Below are positions 50,290 through 63,151 of a stretch of DNA of 64,000 nucleotides, in pieces. The notes beneath the pieces were generated by a model that saw only the letters and a list, made by a program, of their open reading frames with translations, did no database searches and was not told where the DNA came from. The position numbers were made by a program, and so were the translations under genes. Source of the stretch: Tubulanus polymorphus (Eukaryota > Animalia > Nemertea); NCBI RefSeq assembly GCF_964204645.1, contig NC_134027.1, forward strand, positions 19,988,560-20,052,559. Reading direction: 5' to 3'. Positions within the stretch are counted from its first letter, which is position 1, and each line of letters begins with the position of its first letter.

Positions 50290-52845
50290 TCCGCGACAAT
50301 TCAATATTTTGGTTTTGTCGCCCGTGACAATTCATTATTTTCGTTTTATCATCCGCGACAATTCATTATTTTGGTTTTATCGCCCGCGACAATTCAATAT
50401 TTTGGTTTTATCGCCCGCGATAATTCATTATTTTGGTTTTATCGCCCGCGACAATTCAATATTTTGGTTTTATCGCCCGCGACAATTCATTATTTTGGTT
50501 TTGTCGCCCGAGACCATTCATTATTTTGGTTTTATCGCCCGCGTCAATTCATTATTTTGGTTTTATCGCCCGCGACAATTCATTATTATGATTTTGTCGC
50601 CGGCGACGATTCAGTATCTTGTTTTTGTCGCCCGAGACGATTCATTATTTTGGTTTTATCGCCCGCGACAATTCATTAGTTTGGTTTTGTCGCCCACGAC
50701 AATTCAATATTTTGGTTTTGTCGCCCGCGAAAATTCAATATTTTGGTTTTATCGCCCGCGACAATTCATTAGTTTGGTTTCATCGCCCGCGACAATTCAT
50801 TACTTTGGTTTTATCGCCACCGACAATTCATTATTTTGGTTTTGTCGCCCGCGACAATTCATTATTTTGGTTTTATATTTTGTTTTTGTCGCCCGCGACA
50901 ATTTTCTTTTTTGGTTTTATCGCCTGCGACAATTCAGTATTTTTGTTTTATCGCCCGCGATTATTCATTATTTTGGTTTTGTCGCCTGAGACAATTCATT
51001 ATTTTGGTTTTATCGCCCGCGACAATTCATTATTACGGTTTTATCGCCCGCGACAATTCATTATTTTGGTTTTGTCGCCCGCGACAATCATTATTTTGGT
51101 TTTATATTTTGTTTTTGTCGCCCGTGACAATTTTCTTTTTTGGTTTTATCGCCCGCGACAATTCAGTATTTTTGTTTTATCGCCCGCGATTATTCATTAT
51201 TTTGGTTTTGTCGCCTGAGACAATTCATTATTTTGGTTTTATCGCCCGCGACAATTCATTATTACGGTTTTATCGCCCGCGACAATTCATTATTTTGGTT
51301 TTGTCGCCCGCGACAATTCACCATATTGGTTTTGTCGCCCGCGACAATTCACCATATTGGTTTTGTCGCCCGCGACAATTAACCATTTTGGTTTTGTCGC
51401 CCGCGACAATTAACCATTTTGGTTTTGTCGCCCGCGACAATTAACCATTTTGGTTTTGTCGCCCGCGACAATTCACCATTTTGGTTTTGTCGCCCGCGAC
51501 AATTCATTATTTTGGTTTTGTCGCCCGCGACAATTCATTAATTTTGATTTATCGCCCGCGACAATTCATTATTTTTGTTTTGTCGCCCCGACAATTCTTT
51601 TTTTGGTTTTGTCGCCCGCAACAATTCAATATTTTGGTTTAGTCGCCCGCGACAATTCAATATTTTGGTTTTGTCGCCCGCGATAATTCATTATTTTTGT
51701 TTTATCGCCCGCGACAATTCAATATTTTGGTTTTATCGCCCGCGATAATTCATTATTTTGGTTTTATCGCCCGCGACAATTCATTATTTTGGTTTTATCG
51801 CCCGCGACAATTCATTATTTTGGTTTTATCGCCCGCGACAATTCAATATTTTGGTTTTATCGCCGCGATAATTCATTATTTTGGTTTTATCGCCCGCGAC
51901 AATTCATTATTTTGGTTTAATCGCCCGCGACAATTCAATATTTTGGTTTTATCGCCTGCGATAATTCATTATTTTGGTTTTATCGCCCGCGACAATTCAT
52001 TATTTTGGTTTTATCGCCTGCGACAATTCAATATTTTGGTTTTATCGCCCGCGACAATTCATTATTTTGGTTTTATAATTTGTTTTTATCGCCCGCGCCA
52101 ATTTTTTTTGGGTTTTGTCACCCGCGACAATTCAATATTGTTGGTTTTGTCGCCCGCGACAATTCATTATTTTGGTTTTATCGCCCGCAACAATTCAATA
52201 TTTTGTTTTTATCGCCCGCGACAATTCATTATTTTGGTTTTGTCGCCCGAGACCATTCATTATTTTGGTTTTATCGCCCGCGACAATTCATTATTTTGGT
52301 TTTGTTGCCCGCGACAATTCATTATTTGAGTTTGTCGCCCGCGACGATTCAATATTTAGTTTTTGTCGCCCGAGACAATCCATTAGTTTGGTTTTATCGC
52401 CCGTGACAATTCATTATTTTGGTTTTGTCGCCTGCGACAATTCAATATTTTGGTTTTGTCGCCCGCGACAATTATTTTTCAGTCCACTTGGGACTTTAGT
52501 CCCAGCGGGCTATTGCTATTTCAAGGTCATTGGTTTTTGTATATGGTCACTACAGGGCGTTATGTATTGAAATTGTTAGATTGTTGAGCATTTGAAACCA
52601 CTTCCCAAGTGAGCATGGTGTCCCTGGACCCCTAGTTTGGTTTTGTCGCCCGCGACAATTCATTATTTTGGTTTTGTCGCACGCAACAATTCAATATTTT
52701 GTTTTTGTCGCCCTTGACAATTCATTATTTTGGTTTTATCGCACGCGACAATTCATTATTTTTTTGTTTTGTCGCCCGTGACAATTCAATATTTTGGTTT
52801 TGTCACCCGCGACAATTCATAATTTTGGTTTTGTCACCCGTGGTT
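50290..52845. repeat. 31-bp satellite array 2 (interrupted at 52476-52638)
   Basis: Same monomer. Confidence 0.95.
52476..52638 (+). mobile_element. ~160-bp mini-HINE of a second family inserted into the satellite
   Basis: 5' GTCCACTTGGGAC-TTTA-GTCCCA hairpin, 3' subTIR CCCAAGTG and GTCC-CT-GGAC stem; sits in a T run. Confidence 0.55.
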
Positions 52846-54269
52846 TTGTTGGAACATTAAGTTTTTTTGTCGAACAGTGTGTTAAGGTCGTTTTGGAAAT
52901 TTACTCGGTCTGGTATATTTTGGATTACTGTGTCTGTCATTTGTCAGGACATTAAACAGAAGACGATTTAGGATACTACCTTGCGTGACTCCACTAGTTA
53001 GACCGTCTCATTCCAAGATGAGGCGTTCCGTTGATTTCGGTTACAAGTTTCCGTTCAGAGATAACTGCTGAGCCATTTGGGCGACCTATCATTGATACTG
53101 TTTCCTAATAACCTGTTTAGTAATGGCTGATGTTGAGCCTTATTAAATGCTTTGTTGAAATCCACCGTTGAACAGGATTCTAAGACTGTGCAGAAAACCC
53201 GTTATATCTGCTTTGCAGCTATATTTATTATTATTATTTTCTTCCACACTATTTTTACCAAAAGAACATAGGCTTTGTTACCTTACCGCTGTTTCATATA
53301 CAATCCATATAATATCGTGAAGCTCACTGAGATCTACAAATAGCCCGCGTGTTTTTTCACGAATCATCGTTACAAAGCGCTGTCGGGCTGTAAACATCGA
53401 AAATTTAGCCCCATTCAATGGGGCGACATGTTTTTCGAGTCGTCATCCCGAAATCAACCCGCAGGCCGACTGTCACTTCGATTATCAATTCAAGTATAAA
53501 TGAACTAATTTATTGCCGCAGACTTCACATTCAGTCGCGGTCTTCAAACAGTGATTTTAACAATAGCCCATTTTCCTCATCAAATCATATTACCGATACA
53601 CTGGAAATTTACTACTTTAGATTTTAAAAGCACTGTCGAGCCATAAACATCGACGAATCGACGTGTGTTACTACATCGACGTTCCGGGGATGAGCTGCGA
53701 GTTTCTCCTCATCATGAGAATCAAATCGAGTACAAATTAATTTATTACTACCAGTGATTTGGCTGCGGGTTTCAAGGAGTTAGTATAACAATACCTTTAT
53801 TTCTTTACCGAATTAACCGTGTATTTACTAAGATAAATCTTTAGTGTACCGGGGAATCGTAGGCCTAAACGAAACACGCCGAAGAGATATAGCGGAGAAA
53901 AGCTGTTATGTCGACGAGGTATCAAAATAAAAGAATATATTACTTTATTCGGCTGCGGGCTTCAACCATTTATCAATACTCTATATTTCCTACAGTACAT
54001 ACCGATCATTGTCAAATGCACAAGGTATTTACTAAATACAAGTATATAACACACTCCTATCCGTATGCTGGACTCACACTTGACATTCGGAGTAAGCGTT
54101 CGCTCTGGGGGAAAGGAGATCGTTCGCTGTGTCGCTTGAAGTGTTTATCGAGTTTTACGCGACCTTAAGGCTTTAGTATGGTGGCTGATAAGATAAAAAA
54201 AACATGAATATGCAAATGAGGGCGACATTACGACAAAACGACAAAACTAAAATAACGCGAGAAAACAAT

Positions 54270-55680
54270 GATTTTGATTTTGTCGCCCGCGACAATTCAT
54301 TATTTTGGTTTTGTCACACGCGACAATTCAATATTGTGGTTTTATCGCCCGCGACAATTCATTATTTTGGTTTTATTACTTGCGACAATTCATTATTTTG
54401 GTTTTGTCGCCCGCGAAAATTCAATATTTTGGTTTTATCGCCCACGACAATTCACTACTTTGGTTTTATCGCCAGCGACAATTCATTATTTTGGTTTTGT
54501 CGCCCGAGACAATTCATTATTTTGGTTTTATCGCCGGCGACAATTCATTATTACGGTTTTGTCGCCCGAGACAATTCATTATTTTGGTTTTATCGCCGGC
54601 GACAATTCATTATTACGGTTTTATCGCCGGTGACAATTCATTATTTTGGTTTTGTCGCCCGCGACAATTCACCATTTTGGTTTTGTCGCCCGCGACAATT
54701 CACCATTTTGGTTTTGTCACCCGCGAAAATTCATTATTTTGGTTTTATCGCCCGCGACAATTCATTATTTTGGTTTTGTTGCCAGCCACAATTCATTAGT
54801 TTGGTTTTGTCGCCCGCGACAATTCAATATTTTGGTTTTGTCGCCCGCGACAATTCAATATTTTGGTTTTGTCGCCCGCGACAATTCAATATTTTGGTTT
54901 TATCGCCCACGACAATTCATTACTTTGGTTTTAACTCCAGCGACAATTCATTATTTTGGTTTTGTCGCCCGCGACAATTCTTCTTTTTGGTTTTGTCGCC
55001 CGCGACAATTCATGATTTTGGTTTTATATTTTGTTTTAGTCGCCCGCGACAATTTTTTTTTGGTTTTGTCGCCCGCGACAATTCAATATTTTGGTTTTGT
55101 CGCCCGCGACAATTCATTATTTTGGTTTAATCGCCCGCGACAATTCAATATTTTGGTTTTATCGCCCGCGATAATTCATTATTTTGGTTTTATCGCCCGC
55201 GACAATTCATTATTTTGGTTTTGTCGCCCGAGACAATTCATCATTTTGATTCTATCGCCCGCGACAATTAATTATTTTGGTTTTGTCGCCCGCGACAATT
55301 CACCATTTTGGTTTTGTCGCCTGGACAATTCACCATATTGGTTTTGTCGCCCGCGACAATTCATTATTTTGATTTTGTCGCCCCCACAATTCTTTTTTTG
55401 GTTTTGTCGCTCGCGACAATTCATTAGTTTGGTTTTGTCGCTTGTGACAATTCATTATTTTGGTTTTGTCGCCCACGACAATTCAATATTTTGGTTTTGT
55501 CGCCCGCCACAATTCAATATTTTGGTTTTATCGCCCACGACAATTCATTACTTTGGTTTTATCTCCAGCGACAATTCATTATTTTGGTTTTGTCGCCTGC
55601 GACAATTCTTCTTTTTGGTTTTGTCGCCCGCGACAATTAATTATTTTGGTTTTCATAATTTTGGTTTTGTCGCCCGTGGT
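54270..55680. repeat. 31-bp satellite array 3
   Basis: Same monomer. Confidence 0.95.
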
Positions 55681-56060
55681 TTTGTCGGAACATTAAGTTT
55701 TTTGGTCGAACAGTGTGTTAAGGTTGTTTTGGAAATTTACTCGGTCTGGTATATTTTGGATTACTGTGTATGTCATTTGTCAGGACATTAAACAGAAGAC
55801 GACTTAGGATACTACCTGCGTGACTCCACTAGTTAGACCGTCTCATTCCAAGAAGAGGCGTTCCGTTGATTTCGGTTACAAGTTTCCGTTCAGAGATAAC
55901 TGCTGAGCCATTTGGGCGACCTATCATTGATACTGTTTCCTAATAGCCTGTTTAGTAATGGCTGATGTTGAGCCTTATCAAATGCTTTGTTGAAATCCCC
56001 CGTTGAACAGGATTCTAAGACTGTGCAGAAAACCCGTTATCGCTGCTTTGCAGCTATATT

Positions 56061-56465
56061 TTATCTTGTTCTTCAACTGTTATATGGCCATGTAAACTTA
56101 TTATATAATCTAGTGTATTCTTTAATTTATTAATTTATTTTATATTAGTTTTAATTTTTTCTTTATTACTTTTTGTTTAATTTTGAACTTATACCAGTTA
56201 ATACACTTGAACTTAATCCTAATACACCAATTGATATAGCTAAAGGTGTTAATGGACTGAATATTGCTAGAAATGTTATTACAGAACTAATTGTAACCGA
56301 ACCACTCATAATCAAATAATATATAATTTTACTTTTTAAATATTTTTTCTTTTTTATCTTTAAGTCATTTTCAAATTCTAATATTTGTTTTTCTAAATAT
56401 ATTTTTAATTTAGTTTTACTGATATCATGAGGAATAATATCAATATTATCAACTTTATCTTCCAT
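56061..56465 (-). pseudogene. Two-TM protein of copy 2, split by the Helentron (3' tip at 44596-44624)
   Basis: Homolog of 8748-9194. Confidence 0.75.
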
Positions 56466-56484
56466 TTATTTAGCAAAAAAATTA

Positions 56485-56907
56485 CTAATTAGTAAACTTA
56501 TAAGCAACAAATATAACAATTACAGTTCCGCCTAAAATCCATATTATTTCATATTTCTTCTGTTCATTACTTGGGGTATAATAATCTGATGATTTAGGTT
56601 TGTATAGATGTAACTTTTCTTTATTGGTTACCGCGTTATATAAACTCATTGCATCATCAACTGATTGAAAATCTCTGTGTGAAATCTTCTGATCATATAA
56701 TTCCTTGTTAATATAATCCATATAGTTTTGTCTCTTTTCTCTATATTCTTCCGCTGCTTTATTGTATTTCTCTAATGCTAAGTTATGTCTTTTTTGTTCT
56801 GTTAATGATCCATTTTTATCAATATGCTTAAATAAATAACCACCACCAGTAAATGCTAAAGCGTTAACAATTGCCGATCCTATAATAGTTATAATTGCAG
56901 AAGCCAT
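56485..56907 (-). CDS. Small membrane/coiled-coil protein, 140 aa
   Basis: Homolog of 9220-9642. Confidence 0.75.
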   Translation of the reverse strand: MASAIITIIGSAIVNALAFTGGGYLFKHIDKNGSLTEQKRHNLALEKYNKAAEEYREKRQNYMDYINKELYDQKISHRDFQSVDDAMSLYNAVTNKEKLHLYKPKSSDYYTPSNEQKKYEIIWILGGTVIVIFVAYKFTN

Positions 56908-56931
56908 TTATTTAGCAAAATAATTATGTAT

Positions 56932-57153
56932 TTATATGGGAGGAATATATTTTTGTTTTTCCAAATAATCAATAGTTAAATTAGATAAAGTAACTGCTAA
57001 TGTTAATTTTAGAATATCATTTATATCAAATCTATCAACATTAATACTTCCCATTTTAAATACTTTTTTAAATACCATTGAATAATTAACAGTTCCAACT
57101 GATAGTAATGCTCCATTATATAATCCAGTTATTATCCACTTATTATCACTCAT
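56932..57153 (-). CDS. Small hydrophobic protein
   Basis: Homolog of 9667-9885. Confidence 0.7.
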   Translation of the reverse strand: MSDNKWIITGLYNGALLSVGTVNYSMVFKKVFKMGSINVDRFDINDILKLTLAVTLSNLTIDYLEKQKYIPPI

Positions 57154-57494
57154 TTATTTACCAAAAAATTACTATCTTCAAAATATTTAGTTAACTTATG
57201 TATGATTAATTCAACATTTATTTCATTACTACTTTTATGATTATCATATATTTTGGTTAATATGTTTTTAATATCATCAATAATTCCATCTTCATTTAAT
57301 TCATAATATTCTAAACGTGATTTAATTAAATCAATTACTTTTTCTATATTATAATTTTCTTTATTAATCATTGATGCATTGTTAAATGATTTACTTTTTA
57401 TATCAGTAATTACATCATTTAGTTTAATTCTCATTTCTTTACCATGTTTAAAATCAAACCCAAAACATATACTCGGCCCAACAGTTATATTCAT
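57150..57494 (-). CDS. Hypothetical protein, 114 aa
   Basis: Homolog of 9886-10227. Confidence 0.7.
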   Translation of the reverse strand: MNITVGPSICFGFDFKHGKEMRIKLNDVITDIKSKSFNNASMINKENYNIEKVIDLIKSRLEYYELNEDGIIDDIKNILTKIYDNHKSSNEINVELIIHKLTKYFEDSNFLVNK

Positions 57495-57511
57495 TTATAT
57501 AGTGAAAAAAA

Positions 57512-58272
57512 TTACTCTCTACATCTTATAACTAATTCATAAATTACAGGGAAATTATTTAAATCAATTAAGTGCTCATTATGATTTCTAATTTCTAATC
57601 TAAAATTATTAAAACGAGGAATGCATGGTTTGAAATCACATTCTGTTAAATTATAATTTATTTGCGTTCCAAATTCTTTAACATTCTTCAATGGTAAAAT
57701 GTTTAATAAACCAGAATTACAAGTTATATCTTTAGTTGCTTCGAATGTTTTTGTAGGATCGATTAAATTGCAATAAATATAAAAATGTGTGTAAGGTATT
57801 AAGTTTGGTGTAACAGCATCAATATTTTTAAAAGATCTATCTGGAAGAATTCCTAACAGTTTAGCTATAGGTTTTTTACCATAAATTTATGTTTTTCACT
57901 ATAAGACAACCTTATCTTTATTCTATCAGAACTATCACTTTTTAAAAATCTAATACTAAACCCAGAACTACTACCTAATTTGTGCCAGGCTTTTCTATTA
58001 ATCTCTTGTGCTAATGTATCTAAATTATATAACCCCGGTTTTAAATATATATAGGACCATTCATTTTTACCTTTATCAAAAATTAAAAAGGTTCTATGTT
58101 CAATAGTTTTATTCGTTATATTATAAAAAGAATTACATAAACTTATATTTACTAATTTCAAATCTACACAATTCTTGAATTCTCTATCTAATTGTACTAG
58201 TAAATTATGAGATTTATAATTTGTAAGTCTTCTAGAATCAACAAATATTCTGTATTCTTTTAATTCTACCAT
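57512..58272 (-). pseudogene. Minor capsid protein, frameshifted in an A run at ~57875
   Basis: Homolog of 10245-11006. Confidence 0.7.
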
Positions 58273-58289
58273 TTATTTTACATATTTTC

Positions 58290-58626
58290 TTATTCGAAAT
58301 CTATTTCATGGTGCCCTTTTTCATTCTTACCTTTGTATACGAAATAGAAATCTCCAGAACATAATTCTTCTAGATCTTCACTTGATAATCTATGAAATCT
58401 ATCCGGTAAATATGTTCTGAATTTATATGTATTTCCTTTTAATCCTTCATATTCTAAGTGTATAACTAATTGATCTCCATATTTGTTAGTAACTCTATCA
58501 ATATTTGTAATTAGATATTTCTTATGGATTATTAAATTCATAATCTACTGATTTGACATTTGAAGTATCTTTTATTCTATCTAGATATAATTTGTTGTTC
58601 TCACTGTGTGCTTGTTTACTCTCCAT
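58290..58626 (-). pseudogene. Possible OB-fold protein with a small frameshifting deletion
   Basis: Homolog of 11024-11377. Confidence 0.6.
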
Positions 58627-58655
58627 TTATAATACATATTTTTATTAAAATTTGA

Positions 58656-61600
58656 TTAACACGTTAGAATTCTTTTCATAATCTCATTCTCTTTTGTTTC
58701 TTCTCTTTTAGATTTTAAGTATTCATCTAAATTACAACCATAAGCAACTGTATGAATTCCATCATCTAAAATATATCTTTCATCATCAAATGGGTTTAGA
58801 CTTATCTTTTCAATTTCTTCAATAAACATTTCATGATCTTCAGATCTTAAACATCTCATCTTATGTTTTCTAACTTCTTCATTGAATATACAATTGATGT
58901 AATCTTTGAAATGAATATTCTTTTCTACTACACTTTTGGTTATTCCTTTTAACTTTTTAGCTTCATGTTCTTTAGTTTTATATGAATACATTTTAGATCT
59001 AATACCAATGAATTCAATCATTTCTTCGCCACCTAATTCATCTTTGAATTTACCGATAACTTTTTTATTATCATTGCTAAACAATTCATGATTTTTAGGA
59101 TAATTACTGAAATCAAAATAATGTTTTAATGTTTTTAAATCATCAGTTATGTTATTAGTTTTTATCTTTAATATGTAACTGTCGGTATCAAAATATAGTA
59201 TTTCTATATGTTTTTCTCCAAAAAGTGGTCGTAATACATTATAATAGAATTCATACATTAGTAATTTTGATAATTCTAAAACTGAAGCACCAACATAGAT
59301 TGGTTTATTAAATTTCATAGAAGTTCTTCTCATCTTAACTGCAGCTAAATTTTCATCAAATATTCTGTTACCAATGAACTTAGGATATGATTGTAAATGT
59401 CTAATTCTTTTACCATTACTAACTAACTCAATATCATTTCTATTTCTAATATTTTCACAAGTCTTACCATAGAATGCATTATTCATTAACTTGAAGAAAT
59501 CTTTTTCGAAATCAGTTTTAGCTTCAGTTCTCTGTTTGGTGTTAAAATCTATATATTTTTCTAACCACTTAGATTGACTAAATGAAATATATCTATGTAC
59601 TTTTTTTAGAACCATTCCTTGTTTTAGATAAAACTTTAACATTCTATAATGTACTACATAATTATATTTATCTTCTTGAGTTACCATTAACTTTTCTGTA
59701 TGAATATGATTTTCGGGTTTAATTCTTTTTTGGTAATTTGATAATTCTTCATGAGTTACAGTTTTATGTTCTGGACAGTATGCTAGATTTCTAGATTTAA
59801 ATTTAATATGTTCAGGATATTCTAAATCTACAACAAAGAAGTAACCAGTATCTGAATCATCTGCAATATCTAGAATTATTTTCTTCCAATCAAATTTATC
59901 ATTATTTTCATTCTGTAAAACTTCAGTTAATTCAAATACTCCATAAGGTTGTGGTTCCATCATTGCCCGACCATACAAATTATTTGCATCTATATATAAT
60001 AACTTATATCCAGGGTTATCATTTACATTGAAATATCTATCCCCTAATACACCTGAAACTCCTCCTCTTATAGATTTTTCAAATAATAGTAATTGATCTA
60101 TATTTGTTAACAAATCCATTTTTATATCTGTAAATTTTAATCCACAATCCCATGTTAAACCTGGGCTAGAATAACAATGACAAGGATCAATATTAAAATA
60201 TTTTAGGTTTACATCTCTAAACCTTTCGAATATATCGGTTAATAATAATACATCTGATTTTAGATATAAATCTACTAATTGTCCATGATTTTTCATTCTA
60301 AAATGATTCCAAATATTCAATGTTCTATTATATACTTCATCTTTAACATATTCATTTTTTAATTCATTATAGAATTGTTCTTTCAATAATTCAGTTATGT
60401 TAATATCATTATGATTTTTATAGAAAGAATATGGAATTGCGCCTTTATATCTCATTAATTGGAAATCATCATTATTTGGGTAGTGTTGCTTTAATATTTT
60501 TAATTCATCATCGACTAATGATTTTGATAAGTTATCTAATGAACTATTTAAAAATCTATATGAATCTATAAATCTTAGGCAACCAAATTGGAATGATATA
60601 TAATTCTCAGATGTTTTAGCTAACATTCTAAATTTATAAGTTGGTATTTTATCTTTTGATCTATTTGAATTTAATCTTTCTATTTCATTATTGATTTCTT
60701 CTATTTTATGGCATAACTGTTTGATGAATAAATGTGCATCATATCCTGATTATGAAATATAACTGGTACAAAGTTAATTTTCTTAGCTTGTGAGTTACAA
60801 TTCTCATGCGCGGCGCCTCTAAACTTTCCATTCAAATGATCATGGTCTCTTACTTTTTTATCTTTATAATTAAATATCGTTTCACAATAATAACATTTAT
60901 CTGCAAACGCCAAATTCTTCTTTATCTTCTTCTGTCATTATAATTTCTATATTTGTATTCAATAATTTACTAAATCTTATTTCATATTCAATTAATAAGT
61001 CACAAAAATGATTGATTTTCATTTCTATAATCATAATATTCACTTTCAATTAGTTCTGGATAATCAGATTTTATATATAACCCGAAAGCAGCAGCTGATT
61101 GATGAATCTTTTTAATAGTATTTGTTTTTGGTGGTTCTTCAGAATAATCATTTTCATTAGAATTTAATTTCTTTCTCTTATAATATATTTCTTTTCTATC
61201 TTGATCAGTTAGTTCTTTATTTAATGATTCAAAATCTCCATATATTACAAATGGTACTTTATTTTTGTAATCATATTTTTTGAATTCTAATATTTTATCC
61301 TTTTCATTTGGTAAAACTAATTTACAATAATCATGATTTTCACATAATTGTTTATGATTTAATAATGTACTTTCATTACTGAATTTATTTAAATATTTTC
61401 TACATAGATATATTTTATTATGGTGATCACTTTCTGTTCTAAAAAATAAATCTATTTGTTTAATCCACATATAATGATTCTCATAATATAGTATATCTAT
61501 AACATCGTTTGAATCATAATCTTTTGATAGATATAAAGGTTCTAATGTATAATGTTTTATATTGTTACCTGTTGTATTTGGTAATTTGATTAAATCAAAT

Positions 61601-62691
61601 ACATTTATCTTTATATTATTATCTCTTTCTATTTTTGGGATGTTTTTAATTATAACAGGATACTTATCTATCTTATTATTATTTTCAAATGGTTTATAAT
61701 GAGTTAATCTAAAACTATGTTGTTTATAATCTTCAACTGGGTGTAAACAACTTATTATAGCCCATAGAAGACATTTATCATCTTCATTTTGTACATTTAT
61801 TACAGCATTAGTTTTAAATGGTAGTTTAATATAACTCGATGCTTCAATATCTGGTTCTTTATAATATGATACATTATTTTCATCTATTGGTTTTGATTTA
61901 GTTAACTTATCATATTTTGTGTTATAAACATGTAAAGTCATAAATATTATTTCATCGAATATTAAACCTGATCCTTCAAAATATTCCTCTTCTATTTTAG
62001 TTTTTACTTCATTATAACATTAATCTAATTTATCATCTATATGTTGTTTATATATAATATGTTGTGAATGAGAATTTATATTATATATTGGTTTATCTTC
62101 AGATTTTATAAACTTTACTTTAACTAATATACTAATTTTAGGATATTCAACATCAGTTATTATTTTTATTATTTCTTTCATATTTTCTAAATGTTTTTTA
62201 TTTTCTTCTAATGTTTTTCCTTTATGAAATTTAAACTCGATAGCTGCTGGACCAATATCACTTTTAAATGCTTCGGTTATCTCAATATCTTTTTTATTAT
62301 CCAATAAATTAATATATTTTCTTACATCTTCCATGTATGGTCTTTTATTGTTTAATTTATTTTATATGCTTTTAATTGTCTTCTGTTTCTTATCATTATC
62401 TTTATCAAAATAATCTTCACCTAAAATATCATTATTCATATTTCTAATATGACTTTTAGATTTTAAATGTTCTTTATAATATCTTTTATCACTGAATGAT
62501 TGATTACATGTATCACATTTGTATGTTTCTTTTTCATTCTTTAATTCATCTAATTTAGTTTCTAATATATCGTCTTCATATTCTAATTTCAATTTATTCT
62601 CTTAATGTGTTTTAGTTTTATTGTGTCTTGCTTTTTGGGATTTATCTATATTGATATTACATGTTGGACAGTAGTACTTATTTGCTTCCAT
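58656..62691 (-). pseudogene. polB: Protein-primed PolB; polymerase core open for 656 aa, N-terminal part frameshifted
   Basis: YIDANNLYG, KLMNNAFYGK, YFDTDS; EndoVII-like CYYC...RDHDHLNGKFRGAAHENCN. Confidence 0.93.
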
Positions 62692-62743
62692 TTTAATACT
62701 AAATTTTTTTCTAAAATTGATTTTAGAAGTTCAATGATTAATA

Positions 62744-63139
62744 TATGTATTATTTCAATCACACTTTACTAACACTTTTAATGTTTAAAAATCTAACTCA
62801 TACAAATATGAATATTGAAATAATGTTGTAAATATATACTTTTATATTGAATAATCTGTCAATTTAAATGTTATTCATTTATATGATTATTTTAAGAGTA
62901 ATAGGGATAATAGGCTTTCAGGTTAAAGGTTGAATGGTCGAGTTCATTAAAAACAAATATTAAAAGTAATTTAAAACTATAATATATTTTCATAACCGTG
63001 TGTATTTCAGTTGAATAATAGAATAATAATTATTATTAAAATATATTTGATTATATGAATTTGTGTATTGTAAATAAATCAATTGGTCGCGGAGCGGAGC
63101 GGTAGCGAAGTGGAGCGACCAATTGATTTATTTACAATA
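62744..63139. repeat. Right TIR of copy 2, truncated just past the palindrome centre
   Basis: Reverse complement of ~33870-34263. Confidence 0.9.
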
Positions 63140-63151
63140 GTAAATCTTCGT

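Larger units (their letters stand above)
44625..56060 (+). mobile_element. Multimer (3 bodies) of a non-autonomous Helentron/HINE with central tandem repeats
   Basis: 5' subTIR plus hairpin AGGGTTTTCTG...CAGAAAACCCT, then (ATT)n. 3' subTIR CAGAAAACCC with stem-loop GCTGC-TTT-GCAGC. Inserted in a T run of the 2-TM gene with no clear TSD. Unit ends at ~49493, ~53226 and 56060. Confidence 0.8.
33701..63139. mobile_element. Polinton/Maverick element copy 2; right TIR truncated; interrupted by an 11.4-kb Helentron multimer
   Basis: Starts AGTAATAGGG exactly where the paralogous host segment diverges. TIR 33701-34263 is inverted at 62744-63139. Full gene set. Confidence 0.95.

Noticed and set aside
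46065-55791. CRISPR array (palindromic ~30-bp repeats)
   Set aside because: Monomers are contiguous with no unique spacers, there are no cas genes, and the context is eukaryotic.
46070-55791. Long repetitive ORFs (up to 639 aa) as proteins
   Set aside because: All three frames are open because the 31-bp monomer lacks stops on this strand; no coding signal.
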